Assembly (NCBI GenBank): GCA_002633005.1
Contig: NMRA01000103.1
Location: 84,183-148,182, forward strand
Direction of reading: 5' to 3'
Length of the DNA stretch: 64,000 bases
Source: Phoronis australis
Lineage: Eukaryota > Animalia > Phoronida
The notes beneath the pieces were generated by a model. That model did not search any database. It was given only the letters and a program-made list of their open reading frames with translations, and was not told the origin of the DNA. The position numbers and the translations under genes were made by a program. This document shows, piece by piece, positions 12,090-25,196 of this stretch. Within the stretch, counting starts at the first letter, position 1. Each line of letters starts with the position of its first letter.

Positions 12090-12476
12090 TTAATGTTTGG
12101 TAATATGGTGTTGAAGTGTGCAGGTCTGTAAATATCCTTTTATGGGAATATAGCCTCACTGTGAGACAATTTATGTTTGACAATATAGCCACACTCACAG
12201 TTTATGTTTGGTAATTTAGCCACACTGTGACAATTTTTGTTCAGTAATATAGTCACACTGTGACAGTTTTTGTTCTGTGGGTATTAGTGTGACCATAAGA
12301 TACGGTTCAGGTCCCAGACCTCGTGTTCATTAAAGAACTCAAATTTTAGTGTCAGCACCATAGCTAAAATGGTCTCTGTGTTTAGCTAATACCAAGCTGT
12401 TTTCTTCACTTAAACCAATGAAAGCACGCCTACAAATTTGTGAAACCACAACTTACATGTATGTCATTTCTGCATC

Positions 12477-14435
12477 TTTTTATGCGCCCACATATTTATA
12501 TTTGGACGCATTATGCCGTCATCTCCATCCGTCCGTCCGTCCGGGCGGCGTCCGTCCGGCGTCCGCTACTTTATCTCCAAAACCCTTTGACATACGTTCA
12601 TGAAATTTGGCGCATATGTCCCATTCATGAATGGAACGGCATGTGCGAACTTTCGGACGGATCCGACTACCGGTCTGCCCCCTAGTGGCAATTTTAGTTT
12701 TTTACGCTTACCTTTGTATCTTCAAAAGTCCTGAACGGATTTTCATGAAATTTGGTATGTAGGCACCTATTAGTGAGATGACGCTGTCCTCCCGTTTTCA
12801 GATGGATTCGACATAGTTTGCGCCACCTAGTGGCCATTTTTAGTGTTTTCGAGTATGTTTTTGTGCGTCCACCCCTCTATCAACCAAACCGCTCAAAGGA
12901 TGATTGTGAAAATTGGCATGTATATGCTTACTATGTAGAGGACGGTTGACGATAATTTTCCGACGATTTCGACTACTGTGGCGCCTCCTAGTGGCAGTTC
13001 TGTTTTTTTTTTGCGCCTATGGCTGTATCTCCTAAACCGTTCGCAGGATCTTTACGAAATTGTGTAAGTATATTTATATGATGTTAGCAATGGAAGATGA
13101 CGACTTTTGGACGGATCCGACTACCGGTGTGTCCCCTAGTGGCCATTTTTAGTTTTTTACACTTACCTTTGTATCTTCAAAAGTCCTGAATGGATTTTCA
13201 TGAAATTTGGTATGTAGGCACCTATTAGTGAGATGACGCTATCTTCCCGTTTTCAGATGGATTCGACATAGTTTGCGCCACCTAATGGCCATTTTTACTG
13301 TTTTTGAGTCTGTATTTTTGCGTCCACCCCTCTATCAACCAAACCGCTCAAAGGATGATTGTGAAAATTGGCATGTATGTGCTTACTATAAAGAAGACAG
13401 CTGACAATGATTTTCAGACGATTTGGACTACTGTGGCGCCTCCTAGTGGCAGTTCTTTTTTGCGCCTATGGCTATATCTCCTAAACTGTTCGCAGGATCT
13501 TTACGAAATTTAATAAGTGTATTTATATGATGTTAACAGCAGACGATGACGACTTTTGGACGGATCCGCCTACCAGTGTGCCCCCTAGTGGCAATTTTAT
13601 TTTTTTACGTTTACCTCTGTATCGTCATAAGTCCTTAACGGATTTTCATGAAATTTGGTATGTAGGCACCTATTAGTGCGATGTCGCCATCCTCCCGTTT
13701 TCGGATGGATTCGACCTAGTTTGCGACACTGAGTGGCCATTTTTACTGTTTTTGAGTCTGTTTTTTGTGCGTCCACCCCTCTATCAACCAAACCGCTCTA
13801 AGTATGATTGTGAAAATTGGCATGTATGTTCTTACTATGAAGAGGACGGTTCACGCTGAATTTCCCATGACTTTGATTACTGTGGCGCCTCGTAGTGGCA
13901 GTTTTTTTTTGCACCCATTGCTGTATCTTCCAAACCGTTTGCAGGATCTTTACTAAATTTAGCAAGTGTATTTATGTGATGTTGACAATGGACGATGGCG
14001 ACTTCAGGATGATTCTGACTACCCATATGCCTCTAGTGGCAATTTTAGTATTGTACATTGACCTCTGTATTTTCATAGGTCTTCTGGTGTATACTTTGTG
14101 TTACTTCGTGACTATGAAGGAAAAGTTCCAAGTAGAAATTTGTTTCTGGCATTCTAATGCTGTGCTAATCTCGTATGTTGGTAAATTGTTTTTAATTCTA
14201 TGTTTCTGTGGTGCTTTAAGCAACTGATGTATAGGATGTGCTTGTATTATGAAGATTACTCACATTTTGCCCCTAGCCTATTGAGGAGACAATAACCATG
14301 CCTTTCCATTTTGCAAAGTACAACATACTACATATATTCCGTCTACTGGCCACTTTATGGTACCAATAAACAACCCTAGGATACCGTATACGGTGCAATT
14401 GTGGGCGCATTTCAACGCTCTGCGTTGCTCTTGTT
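12477..14435 (+). mobile_element. Full-length modular Crypton-like non-autonomous repeat with ~450-bp higher-order internal repeats
   Basis: Begins TTTTTATGCGCCCAC followed by a (CCGT)n tract; ends GTGGGCGCATTTCAACGCTCTGCGTTGCTCTTGTT. GGACGGATCCG recurs at ~12655, 13108 and 13558. The Crypton assignment rests on architecture only. Confidence 0.7.
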
Positions 14436-15501
14436 TATGGGAGTAGCCATGGCCAATTTATAATTGTTAGCATTCTGCATATGGACTACATGATAAGTCT
14501 CCACCTGTTTGGCGCAAAAATAAGTGCAATTTTTTTTCACTCTTCTAAAGTGCATATACTTATACTGCAAATTGTGGATTTTTTCTAAACTGGAGTTGCT
14601 TTTATAACAGAACAACAGTACAAAGCATGCCAGTAATAGACCAAAATTTTCCTACTCTTTATGTTTATATTTCGGTAGCAGCCCTTGGTTAACTCAAGAA
14701 TTGATTCAAAACACATTCATTGTATTTTCTGTTGGATAGCTTCATAGTCACTCATGTTCTGTGAACATGCCAAGAATTGTATAATGACACTTGACTTTCC
14801 TCAAAGTCCAACTGCTGCCTGCTGATTTGGCTATTGGACCACTTAATTATGTTGCGCCAACAGCAAAATACAATGGGGAGCATAATATGGCAGCATTATA
14901 CAAACAGTTTTAGGCTACAAGTCACATTTGTTATCCGATTTTCAACAACCTAATCACATGTACTTCAAATGTGCCTCCTTAAAAGTATTAACACATGGAT
15001 TTATAAATATTTTAGCCTCCCCCAGTGTGTTTACGATCGATCTGATTATCTTGAAAATGTCCAGGCTATCTTGAAAACGTCCAGGCGATGTTATTGCCCA
15101 CGGTTGTATGGCGTTATTGATCATTGCGTCAAATTTCAAGGTACCCGGTATGCAAACCAGTGGAGTTGCCCTATCTCTAAAAGGTGAGGGTGTCAACCGT
15201 AGATTCTTTTCATGACAGTTTCAGGCGTACAGTTATGAAGTAAAGAGCCAATAGACTCGACAAACAAATAAATTAAAACAGCATCTATAACTCGAGATGA
15301 CATGTCTCATCACCAGCATGCTAGTCTAATGGGAACCTACGGAGCGTCCAGTACCGATCTACTAATTTACTTTTTTGTCTGTTTCGTCAAGCGAGATAAC
15401 CGTGGCGACATCTTACAAAGATAGAAGCAACAGGGATGGATAGAATAGATAGATAGAATCCCAATTCTCTGTCTGAGTGGCACGTTTTTATATGCTATTC
15501 T

Positions 15502-15823
15502 CAGTGGTGGATTTCGGGGGGGAGGGGGGTGTGGGGCAAGAGGCCAAGGCCCACCCTAAAATTCTTGCAGATACCATTTGGCAGTTCGGGGTGCGAATTG
15601 CTAACTAGCATATGCGCGTACCCAGGGGGGCTCGGGGGACGAATGCACAACGCATAGGCCTTTAACAAACCCCGTTTACCGTTTTCGTTTTCTTTTTTTA
15701 GTAATAAGGTCCACGAACCCAAAAATTGGATTCCCCTGTATTAGGCTGGGCGAGCGCATATGGCGAAATTCTGGTTATTCCTGTGCCCTGCCCCCCTAAC
15801 TCAAAATCCTGGATCCGCCCCTG
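15502..15823. mobile_element. hAT-type MITE with a 5-bp TSD
   Basis: Termini CAGTGGTGGATT...GGATCCGCCCCTG; TSD ATTCT on both sides; another CAT..ATG-ended MITE appears nested at 15609-15762. Confidence 0.8.
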
Positions 15824-15829
15824 ATTCTG

Positions 15830-16036
15830 CAGAGGCGGATCTACAGGGGGGAGGGTTCAACCCCCGGAACAGGACCAAAATTAAAAAAACGTCGCCAGGA
15901 AAACGAAATCAGCTACAAATATCAAAGAAATCTTACACGGGAGAGGGAAACCTGCTCCCGACCTCCCCCGCTCGGCGCTACGCGCCTCGGATTCGTGCGA
16001 ATCCTAAACCTCTGAAAAAACGTAGATCTGCCGCTA
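15830..16036. mobile_element. hAT-type MITE with a 5-bp TSD
   Basis: Termini CAGAGGCGGATCTAC...GTAGATCTGCCGCTA; TSD TTCTG at 15825-29 and 16037-41. Confidence 0.8.
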
Positions 16037-16814
16037 TTCTGCGCTGAGAATATTCTCAAATAAACTGCTTTAGGGGTCTAAAGACGAAAACCAATAAAAA
16101 TGCAAAATGAAGTTTGTGTCATCGGAAAAGCCAAATTTGGGATTTAGAATCACCTATAGGCCCACAATGAACTAGGCCAGTTCCTGCAAAATGTTTACCT
16201 CACGACTCATCCAATAGACAGCGTGTTTTCTCACGCAATCAACAGTGACGGCAGGTAGACAAGTGTGTAAAATGGGTACACAACATACAGTGAGAAGCCT
16301 ACCAGCCCCTAGCGGAACAGAGCAAAAGTGCGGTACACGCCGGTGAGTTGCACATTCAGCACATTTTTTTATAACTGACCAACAGAGATGCCAAACTCAC
16401 CGAAATAAGTCATTTTTACATAGCGAATAGAAGTAATGTCTACTATTTCTTTGCTGGTTATTTTCCGGCCACGTTGGTGTAAAATATATGGTAGTCATAT
16501 TCATACCCACAATTTCAATACGCTCCGTTATCGACCTGCTGTGCTGTTGATTTCATGGCATGTTTAAATGTAGCTGCTATTTTAATTTATTTGCTTGTCT
16601 TTCGGCAATTTACTTCACAACTGTACACTGTACAGGTCCTGCGCGCGAGCGTCTGTAATGCAACAGGTAATACGTTCGCTTTTTTAATTATCTGTTCTTG
16701 TGGAGCAATTTGGGTCCCACTGAGTTGGACTTTGTCACTAAACACCGACAGACAAAGGGTTAATGGACCTGGTTGTTTTATTACTCCTCTTGGATGATGA
16801 ATAGTCAAGCTTTG

Positions 16815-17420
16815 AAAGTGCTCTGTCTCCTAGTGACAGTGTTAGTGTTTTGTGCCTCTCTCTTTAGAGTTCCCGTGAGATTTTCATCAAAATCGGCAAC
16901 CGTGTACTACGTGCCCCCTAGTGGTCATTTGGAGCCCGTTTTGGTGTCCATTTCTCTATCCGCTAAACCCCTTAAAGGATCGTTAAGAATATTGCGTTCC
17001 TGACGAGGACACCGCGCTGCATGCATTGATTTTCGAACGGGTTCTAATACTCTGTCGCCTCCTAGTGGCAATTTATGTGTTTGCGTCTGCGGCTGTGTTC
17101 TCTTAACTCTTAGTAGGATCTGTGTGAAATTTTGGCAGATATGTGTTCCTGTGGATCTGCCAATGGATGTTGAGTTTCAGAGGAAACCGATTACTGTTTT
17201 GTCCCCTACTGACAAGTTTTAGTTTTTTACCTCTGCCTCTGTATTAGGCTAGTTCCTTGATGGATTTTCATGGTCTGTACAAATTATGGGTTTTATTAAA
17301 GAGGTCACGACGCCATTCCATTTTCTGGAAGGTTCGCCATATTTCACAATGGCCAATGTTATTCCTTTTTCTACCTCTCATTAAGCGAAACCGCGCAATG
17401 GGTCATTATGAAAATTTGTT
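16815..17420 (+). mobile_element. Partial copy of the modular Crypton-like repeat
   Basis: GTGCCCCCTAGTGGTC and TCGCCTCCTAGTGGC modules. Confidence 0.55.
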
Positions 17421-19130
17421 AATGTATTCCTAACGAGAAAACAACGACTGGCGGGTCCCACAACTGTGTTGCCCATTGCGCCAATTTGTTTGCGTCTGTA
17501 GGTGAACATACCTTGAATAATATGCTTACAAGGAAGTCACGCATTTCTAAAGATATGTGGGAATTTTCACCGTTCGTCCTTCTGAGTGGCTTGTACCGGC
17601 GCCGGAATCGTGTACAGTTGTCATGACCTCCATTGCCCGATGCCAGCAAGACCCAATTAAATGTAATTATTCGACCATAAACTGTATTAAACATCTCCGA
17701 CTGTACATAATGGCGAATTTTCAAAATGCATTAATCACATTTTCGTTATAAACGAACACTACGGCGGTATTCAGCTGGAAAAAAACAATCAAGTACGGTT
17801 TTCGATTTTTAAAAATCGATGAACTAATAATCTAAAAACTAGAACCATTGAGTAATATTGAAGATACCTGTAAACTACCGTGCGTATTGATATACTCGGT
17901 GGATATACAAACGCTGATCAGAGTTAACAATATCACATGGATTCATTTTTTAATAATCTTTCAATCTCTTTTAACCAGATTTTTGACCAGGAAACAGTTG
18001 TACTTAACTTGTGCCCACTCTTCAATTTTATTACTGACAAAGAACTGGAATAGTTATATAGTCAGTGCCACCGAAATTGTCCAGAGATCCCAAATCTTCA
18101 GTTTGGTTATCACCACATTTGCACTTTTGTGTATATTTTATGATTTGAGTTCTAATAAAGATTAAACTTTAATGACACGTGTAATGTTTAGTGTACCTGT
18201 AATGTGGTAAGTTTAGGGATGGGCTCACAATGAACTTAACTAATTAAGTTTAGGTGGCGATCAAAATATACCACTGTTTTGGTACTTCAAGTTTAAAACT
18301 TAAATAAAAAGTTATCAGCCCGTTCCCAGTAAGAAAAAAAAAAACAAGTGGGCAAAAGCATTAAAATTAAATAAAGAAAATCACTATGAAACTGATCGTT
18401 CTTTTGGGAAGTCGCCCTTTGTGAAGATAAACACACGTTAACCCTGTTTAGTCATTTTATAATATTTATAATGTACCAAGTTAAAACTACTCTCCAGAGT
18501 TGCAGGCTATAACTCTGCAAATGTCAGAGAAAACCAAATTGGGGGTACTAACAACAACCATTTTTAAGACAGTAATGCTAGCAATTACCTTTCCACTTCA
18601 TTAGCTCATATCTACATCAATACAAAGGGCGTGTTGAATAGGTATCGTATAAGTTGTCTGGGGCTTAGGGAATCAGAGCGGTCACCAATGTAAGCGAGAA
18701 ATTCTCCACATGATCTGCTGAACCCGGAAGGAGTTTTGTGAAATTTGACTGATGAAGCTATATGGATCTCACGAGGAATGATATAACGAGTTACCTTACT
18801 CTCAGATTGAAAGTTAGTTTTGGGGTTCTTTCCAATTCAATCCTTTGAATCAGTCTGATCTGATTAAGAAACAAGTCGAGACTAAGCGTGTATTCTGCAA
18901 ACACACTGAAGAACCTCGCAGAAAAGCAAAATCATGCAAGACCTTACGAGATATAGCCATGTATTCTAACCGCCATGTATTCCTTTTGCAAGACTACTGC
19001 GTCTACGGAACTCGGCCCACTTTTAGAAGAGGTCAAATTAAATCAAAACAGTCTTTTTAGCAGATTGCGGGTTTAAGATACCTTCCAGTGTACATTCCTG
19101 AATTCACGAAATTTGGTGGGAGAATATTTG

Positions 19131-19339
19131 CTAAACTTCCTTCCTGTCGATGACTGTGCACTTGAAATCATCGGGTACATTTGTGACGCCAGTGACGGCA
19201 TACCTTCGCCGCACATCAAAGGGTGTCTCGCCTTCCGGTTGGGGCTCGGCAAAGTAAAACGTAAAGTTCTGCATTAGATTGGCCAGCACCAGAAACGTTA
19301 TGTCACGTGCCATTGGTTTGCCCATGCACGAACGCTTGC
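19131..19339 (-). CDS. Cytochrome P450 (CYP2 clan), exon 5 with the heme-ligand Cys and stop codon
   Basis: ttacAG acceptor; G|GC KRSCMGKPMAR... completes FAVGKRSCMG (FxxGxRxCxG); TAG stop at 19131. Confidence 0.95.
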
Positions 19340-19691
19340 CTGTAAATAAGAATAAACTATAAAATAATTCTGCGAACCTTAATTACACCGTAGGCCTACT
19401 TAGGATATACAGTTTACATAAGGGTTGTTCCAGCAAAATTCTAATGGGGGGGGGGGGGGGGGGNGGGGCGGCAGTTGAAATAAAAATTTATGTGTGGTTG
19501 ACTTTGAATAAAATTAAATTATGGGTGGTCTTTCTAGAAAGAAGTGTATGATTCGTTAAAAGTGGGTCATTTTTTGTCCTGTAAATGTTGACAGGTGGGC
19601 ATTTCCAACCAAACACGAACTCAACATGTTCTGAAAACAATCCAGCTCACCAAAATTCAAGAGGCAGATACCCAAAACTACACAAAAGTGG

Positions 19692-20342
19692 TGTCAGAAT
19701 ATAGTCTGACAGAATTTTTAGTTGTATTGTTTTGTTTTGTTATTCTGTTTGATTGGCATGACCCCTGAGTTAAGTACAATGATGATGTAATTTGTTTACT
19801 ACAGAATAGTATGGAACTTTCTAGAACTTAGACTCTAACATGACAGTGATTAATGCAACCTGGAATATTCTAGAGACTAGTACATGTTTGTAGAATGGTT
19901 GGGTAGATTCAGGAAAGTTCTAAAATGTGCTCGAATTGATGAAAAGTTCTAGAATAATGCACGGGTTTATGTTAGTCAGATCAAGTCAGTTCAAGAAAGT
20001 TTATCAGGAGAATTACAGATGAGTAGCAGTGATGAGAATCAGCAGTTACAGCGATAGTCAATAGAGAGCCAGCTATAGAGACAGCACGTTATTGAATCGA
20101 CGAGTGTAACAGTTGCTGAACGTACTGTCTCAGAAGTTCATCACAAGTCAAGGCTTCGCAGCACTGGCTGGAGCATAAACAGACATTACGTCGGACGTTT
20201 TGTTTGAGTAGGCTTGTGAACGTACGGCCGGGATTAATAAAGGATTAACTCGAACCAGTCTTCAGTCAATCGTCGCACCGAAAGCTATTAGCACCGGTCT
20301 GTAACAACCTGCGCCCACCCACACATGGGGAAAAACGTGACA
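19692..20342 (+). mobile_element. Solo LTR (family L1) in CYP intron 4
   Basis: TGTCA...TGACA termini; 5-bp TSD AGTGG; AATAAA near 20237; paralogous to 53831-54651. Confidence 0.9.
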
Positions 20343-20719
20343 AGTGGCCCCGTGGAAACATGATGAACGACACACCGGCATCAATGCCCATGCTTGGTCG
20401 GAAGTTTATCGATCACATTACCACCACTTGCACATGCCGTCTACACACTATACTTATTTGAGCTTAGCCAAGGCGGGATCGAGGTTCCTTTGATTTTGTT
20501 TAATTCGATCACTGCCCGTTTTGACAAATTGCAACTATTTAATTCAAAGGGTGGTAGCCATATTGCGTTACAGTAAACTGAAAGGGGTTTCCCAGGTTTC
20601 AACCAATAGGAATGGCTGAATGTTATGACGTCGGTTTCACTACTTACACAAATGAGAAGCCATGAGAAACGACATTAAACAGCGCTACTTTTCGTAGCAC
20701 TGTGAAATAGTCTAGCTAT

Positions 20720-21385
20720 GGTACAGAGTGCAAAAACGTCACATATAGTCGGCATCCCGTCTGTCCGTTCAGCTGTACGTCAGTCGGTTTCTTGTCCGTC
20801 AATTATCTCAAGAACCACTTGGCGGATCATGATGAAATTTGGTATAGAGGTACTTGGCGGGTATGCGCCAGCACCAGTCGATTTTCAGATGAGTTTGGCT
20901 ACCGTGGTATCCCATGTTGGGCGTTTAGTTTTCGATAAGCCATTCCTTGTGTGTCGATTATCTCAACAAGTGCTCGAAAGACCACAATGAAATTCGATAC
21001 TGAGGTATATGGCGAGAATGTACCGGTACCAGTTAATTTTTGGACGGATTCAACTACTTTTAGTTTTTACTGCTCAAGTCATTGCTTGTCCGTCGATTAT
21101 CGTGAAACTGCTCAATGAATCATGATGACATTTGACATAGAGATAGACAGAGACAGATGGCTGGTATGCGCCGGCAACAGTCGATTTTCGGACAAAGTAA
21201 TCAGTTGGCTACTGATGTAGCACCCTTTGTTCTCCATTTTAGTTCTTGACAAGACAGATTGATTATCTCAAAAACTGCAAGGCACAACTGGATGACATTT
21301 GACACAAAGATATGTGGCATGCAGGAATGGATGCGCTGACAGAAGTCGATTTTCGTTTTAATTCGATCACCCTCCTATCCGTCGT
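20720..21385 (+). mobile_element. Related modular Crypton-like repeat
   Basis: CCGTCTGTCCGT start; repeated ATTATCTCAA..ATGAAATTTGG..AGTCGATTTTC modules. Confidence 0.5.
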
Positions 21386-22183
21386 TCATCTAAGTACTTA
21401 AAAGATCATCTTACAGGCAAATTGCTTAGAAGTGTTGTTCCTTCTTGTAGAAATTTTGAAATATTGTGCACCCCTATCATCTCAGTCCATTTGAGATGCA
21501 CAAGAAGGGTGCATACCAATATCGCTATTCACTGGAAAGCATGCGTGAATTAATTTTTATTGATTACCCGGGAGGGAGCTGATATTGTGTCTTCTGGATG
21601 ATTATGGGCTCACGAAACATTGAAGATCGAAAATATCTTAAAACAATAACACTTTTAAATTACCATGTAAAATTCAAGCATAATTTAAAAATATTATTGG
21701 TGGTTGCGTTTTATATTTCAACCTAATTAAAAATTATGGGTCATGGGTTGGAGAAATAAAAGAAAAATAGGGCAGCGGGTAAAAAATTAAAGGGCCTTCA
21801 TCCCACACCCTTTACGTTTTTTTTTGTTGCTAGAACAGCCCTAAAGAACTCTTGCAATTTGTGGCTGCTGTGTTTGCATTCGCGAACGGGCGTTTACTTC
21901 TCGCGGAATGCACGAGGCTACCATTGAAAAGGTGTTGATGTTGTCTATCTTAATTTCGACTTATGGCGTCAGACCAAAGCTGTTAATTTGCTCGAGTTAA
22001 TCTTCTTTTTCATTCAACTTTTTCATCAAGTCAATTCCGATGATTTTTCCGTTGAGAAAAAAGGCCTCTATTTTGATACCAAATTCACGCAGAAGTTAAT
22101 GAAAAGGTCTAGATTTCGCGACTTCATTGTACGAAGTATCAGGTTGTACAAATGTTGTCTATCAAAATCGCTGGTAAACATAC

Positions 22184-22833
22184 CCACGGCAAATGGCATC
22201 CATGCCTGATTTTGCACCAATTCGCCGTCGTTGTCAAGGAATCTCTCGGGTCTGAAGACTTCCGGATCTCCCCATACCACAGGATCCCAGTGCGGCCCCA
22301 TCCAGTTGGCGTGGAACACAGTGTTCTTGGGTATATTATAACCTTGAATAACACTATCGTCTGTGGTACGCAAAGCAAGGGAGCCCGCCAACGGTGTCGC
22401 TATTCTTGTGGCCTCCATGAAAGAGGCTTCTAGGTAATTCATCTTGGAACGGTCGTCCAGACGCGGCAGACGCTCAGACCCGATGTTGTCGTCGACTTCC
22501 CATTGAGCCTTCGCTTGGCACTCGGGATGCATGCTCATGAACAGTATCCACCATCTGATGCCACCAGATGTCGTGTCGACGGCATCTCCCCACAATGAGA
22601 ACAGATACAGCAAGATCTCGTCGTTGTCAAACCCCTTTTTCAAACACAGGTCGACGAAGTCTCGCGGGCTATCCGTGTCAAACGTCTTTCTGTGTTCTTC
22701 TATTTTCTCGAGGAAGAAGTCGTTGAGCATTTTGGCACCGTGACGTCCTTTCTGCACTAACTTTTGGCGGAACGGTGAGAAGCGGAGCATGGGAAACGTG
22801 TCGGCTTCGCACAATGGCCCCATGGCTGTAAAC
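22184..22833 (-). CDS. Cytochrome P450 exon 4 (G to K helices, PERF)
   Basis: PRDFVD, I-helix GDAVDTTS, ExxR (EATR), FRPERF and WMPFAVG; tttAG acceptor and GTATGT donor. Confidence 0.95.
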
Positions 22834-23319
22834 CTAAACAGAAATAAATAATTGTTTAGGAACCAGTCTGTCTTTCAATCTTAATTCCAAATGACCTCCG
22901 AACCCAGATACCTGAATGCTATTGTATGGCTATCATGATTACACAGCACTTGGTGATATTGGCACCTCCTTAACAACTATGATAAACACGTACTGCATGT
23001 GTGGAGTTACATCTTCTATTTAAAGAATTTTAGTTTTTAGCAAATTCGAAAGTTGGAAGTTGAAAACAATTGGTTGGATACAATAGGCAGAACAGAACAC
23101 AATATCGTCAGAGAATACTGGCTTCACATCACAGTGCATGACACATGCAGGGTCTGTAAATGACTAGCAACCATCGACCATAACTCCAGCCTACATTCTC
23201 CAACATTCCTATTGAGTGAGTGTTTTGCTTTAGTCAGGTGATAATGTTGAACAGTTTTATGGACGTGAGCAAGATAAAAAACCAGAGGGAGGAATAACTT
23301 TAATTAAAAGTCAACGTAC

Positions 23320-23605
23320 CAATCTTGGGTCCATGAAATGAAGTTGTCCGATTCTTTACTACCTAGATCGAACGTGATGCTTAGGTACAGGTTGGCCACG
23401 AAGTTCATAACGGAGCCGTTTATGGGCTCAGTTGTGCAGAAGGGATTGTCTTTGTATTGACGGATGAAGTCTAGCCCGTACTGAATGTGCTCATTCACAC
23501 TGTCACCAAAGTTAAAGTTGGGAATACCCATACCTCGAATGCCGGCCACGGCAAATTTCTTGCGCTCCTTGAATTTGGGAGTGAAATCGTCTTTGAAAAG
23601 GTTTT
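23320..23605 (-). CDS. Cytochrome P450 exon 3
   Basis: ttcAG acceptor and GTACGT donor; ENLFKDDFTPKFKERKKFAVAGIRGMG...; phases 1-2 fit both neighbours. Confidence 0.9.
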
Positions 23606-23787
23606 CTGAATATAAATTACATATTAGGTAATTTTACTCAAACTCGAGTATACGCTTGGATTGTGTTTAAAACTGCTTTGCAATAACTATTCAAAAATAA
23701 CACGCCGAATGCGATTAGGCCTGGTTTGAAGTTTGACCTCCGGTATTTTAGCATGTATTTAGCATTTACTGAACACTTCTAAAATGG

Positions 23788-24619
23788 AACAAGAGCAACG
23801 CGGAGAGTTGAAATGCGCCCACGAATGCACAGCAAACGGTGGCCTCTAGACGGTGCAAAAATGCCCAATCCATCTGAAAACTGTAACATGCCATCACTTC
23901 TTTTATACAAAGCAATTTACCAAATTTCATAAAATCTTTCAAGGAACTTCAGAGAATCAAAGGAAAACGGAAAAAATGAAATTGCCATTATGGGCCACAG
24001 CGTTCGCTGGATCCGCCTGAGAGACGGCGTCGTCGTCTGCTGTGAACTTCATATAAAACAATTACTAAACTTAATAAAGATCCTGCAATGGGTTTAGGAT
24101 ATGCAGCTTTGGGTGCAAAACAAAACTATCACTAGGAGGCGCCACGGTAGTCGAAATCGTCATCGTCAACCGCCATCTTCACAATGAGAACATATATGCC
24201 AATTTTCAGTCATCCTTAGAACGGTTTGGTTGATCGAGAGGTGGGTGCCAGAAAACAGACTCAAAAACACCAAAAATGGCCGCTAGGTGGCACAAAGTAC
24301 CTCGATTTCATCCCAAAACGGGAGGTTAGCATCATCTCACACTATAGATGCCTACATTCGAAATTTTCTGAAAATCCGTTAAGGACCTTTGAATTAAGAC
24401 ACAGAGGTAAACGTAAACACTTAAATTTGCCACTAGGGTGCACACCGGTCGCCGGTCCAAAGGAATCTTCGCTCATGCCGTCCCATCCATAAAAAGGAAC
24501 ATATGTGCCAAATTTCATGAACATACTTTAAAGGGTTTTGGCGAGAGAGCAGCGGACGCTGGACAGACAGACGAACGGGCGGAGATACGTCCACATACAA
24601 ATATATGGGCGGATAAAAA
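23788..24619 (-). mobile_element. Copy of the modular Crypton-like repeat (reverse orientation) in CYP intron 2
   Basis: AACAAGAGCAACGCGGAGAGTTGAAATGCGCCCAC at the left and ...GGGCGGATAAAAA at the right, i.e. the reverse complement of the family ends. Confidence 0.7.
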
Positions 24620-24765
24620 TGTGAGTAAACAATTTGTCTGGTCAAAACGAACAGAAAGAATCATTGTGAGTATGATGCACCGATATCCTTGAAAACGTGA
24701 ATTAGTTTCTCAGCAATAGGACGCGTCAAAACGATTTTCACCCCAAAATTTGCCACGATGCTTAC

Positions 24766-24881
24766 CTGGGTCACTCCCCATGAGCTCAAATCCATGTGAA
24801 TAGGGTCGACCAGCAAAGGCCATTGGCTTTTTTATGAGTGCTTCTTGGATGGCGGGGAACTTGTTTAACACAATGACAAGA
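24766..24881 (-). CDS. Cytochrome P450 exon 2
   Basis: LVIVLNKFPAIQEALIKKPMAFAGRP, typical of the CYP2 clan; ccAG and GTAAGC sites. Confidence 0.95.
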
Positions 24882-25196
24882 CTGGAAAACAGAGACATTG
24901 CAGAATCGATTTATTCACCTGACATTAATCGCATTCAAAACTACGAGTATGTGCCTGAAACCTAGTATCAGTGTGTAGGAACAATAAACACACAGAGGTC
25001 TCAAAAAATAATTGCCGGTAGTATCTTGCAAGTTCTGTAAACTGGACAGCAGTTTTCGTGAATAGCGCCATGATAAAAAATATAGGTACGTACCTTGAAG
25101 TGTTCAAACTTATACATAATGAACTAATGTGTGACGGTAAATTAAAAAAAATCTTTGAGCGGCGTGTCAAAAATAACCAATTTCAAAGATGCCAGA

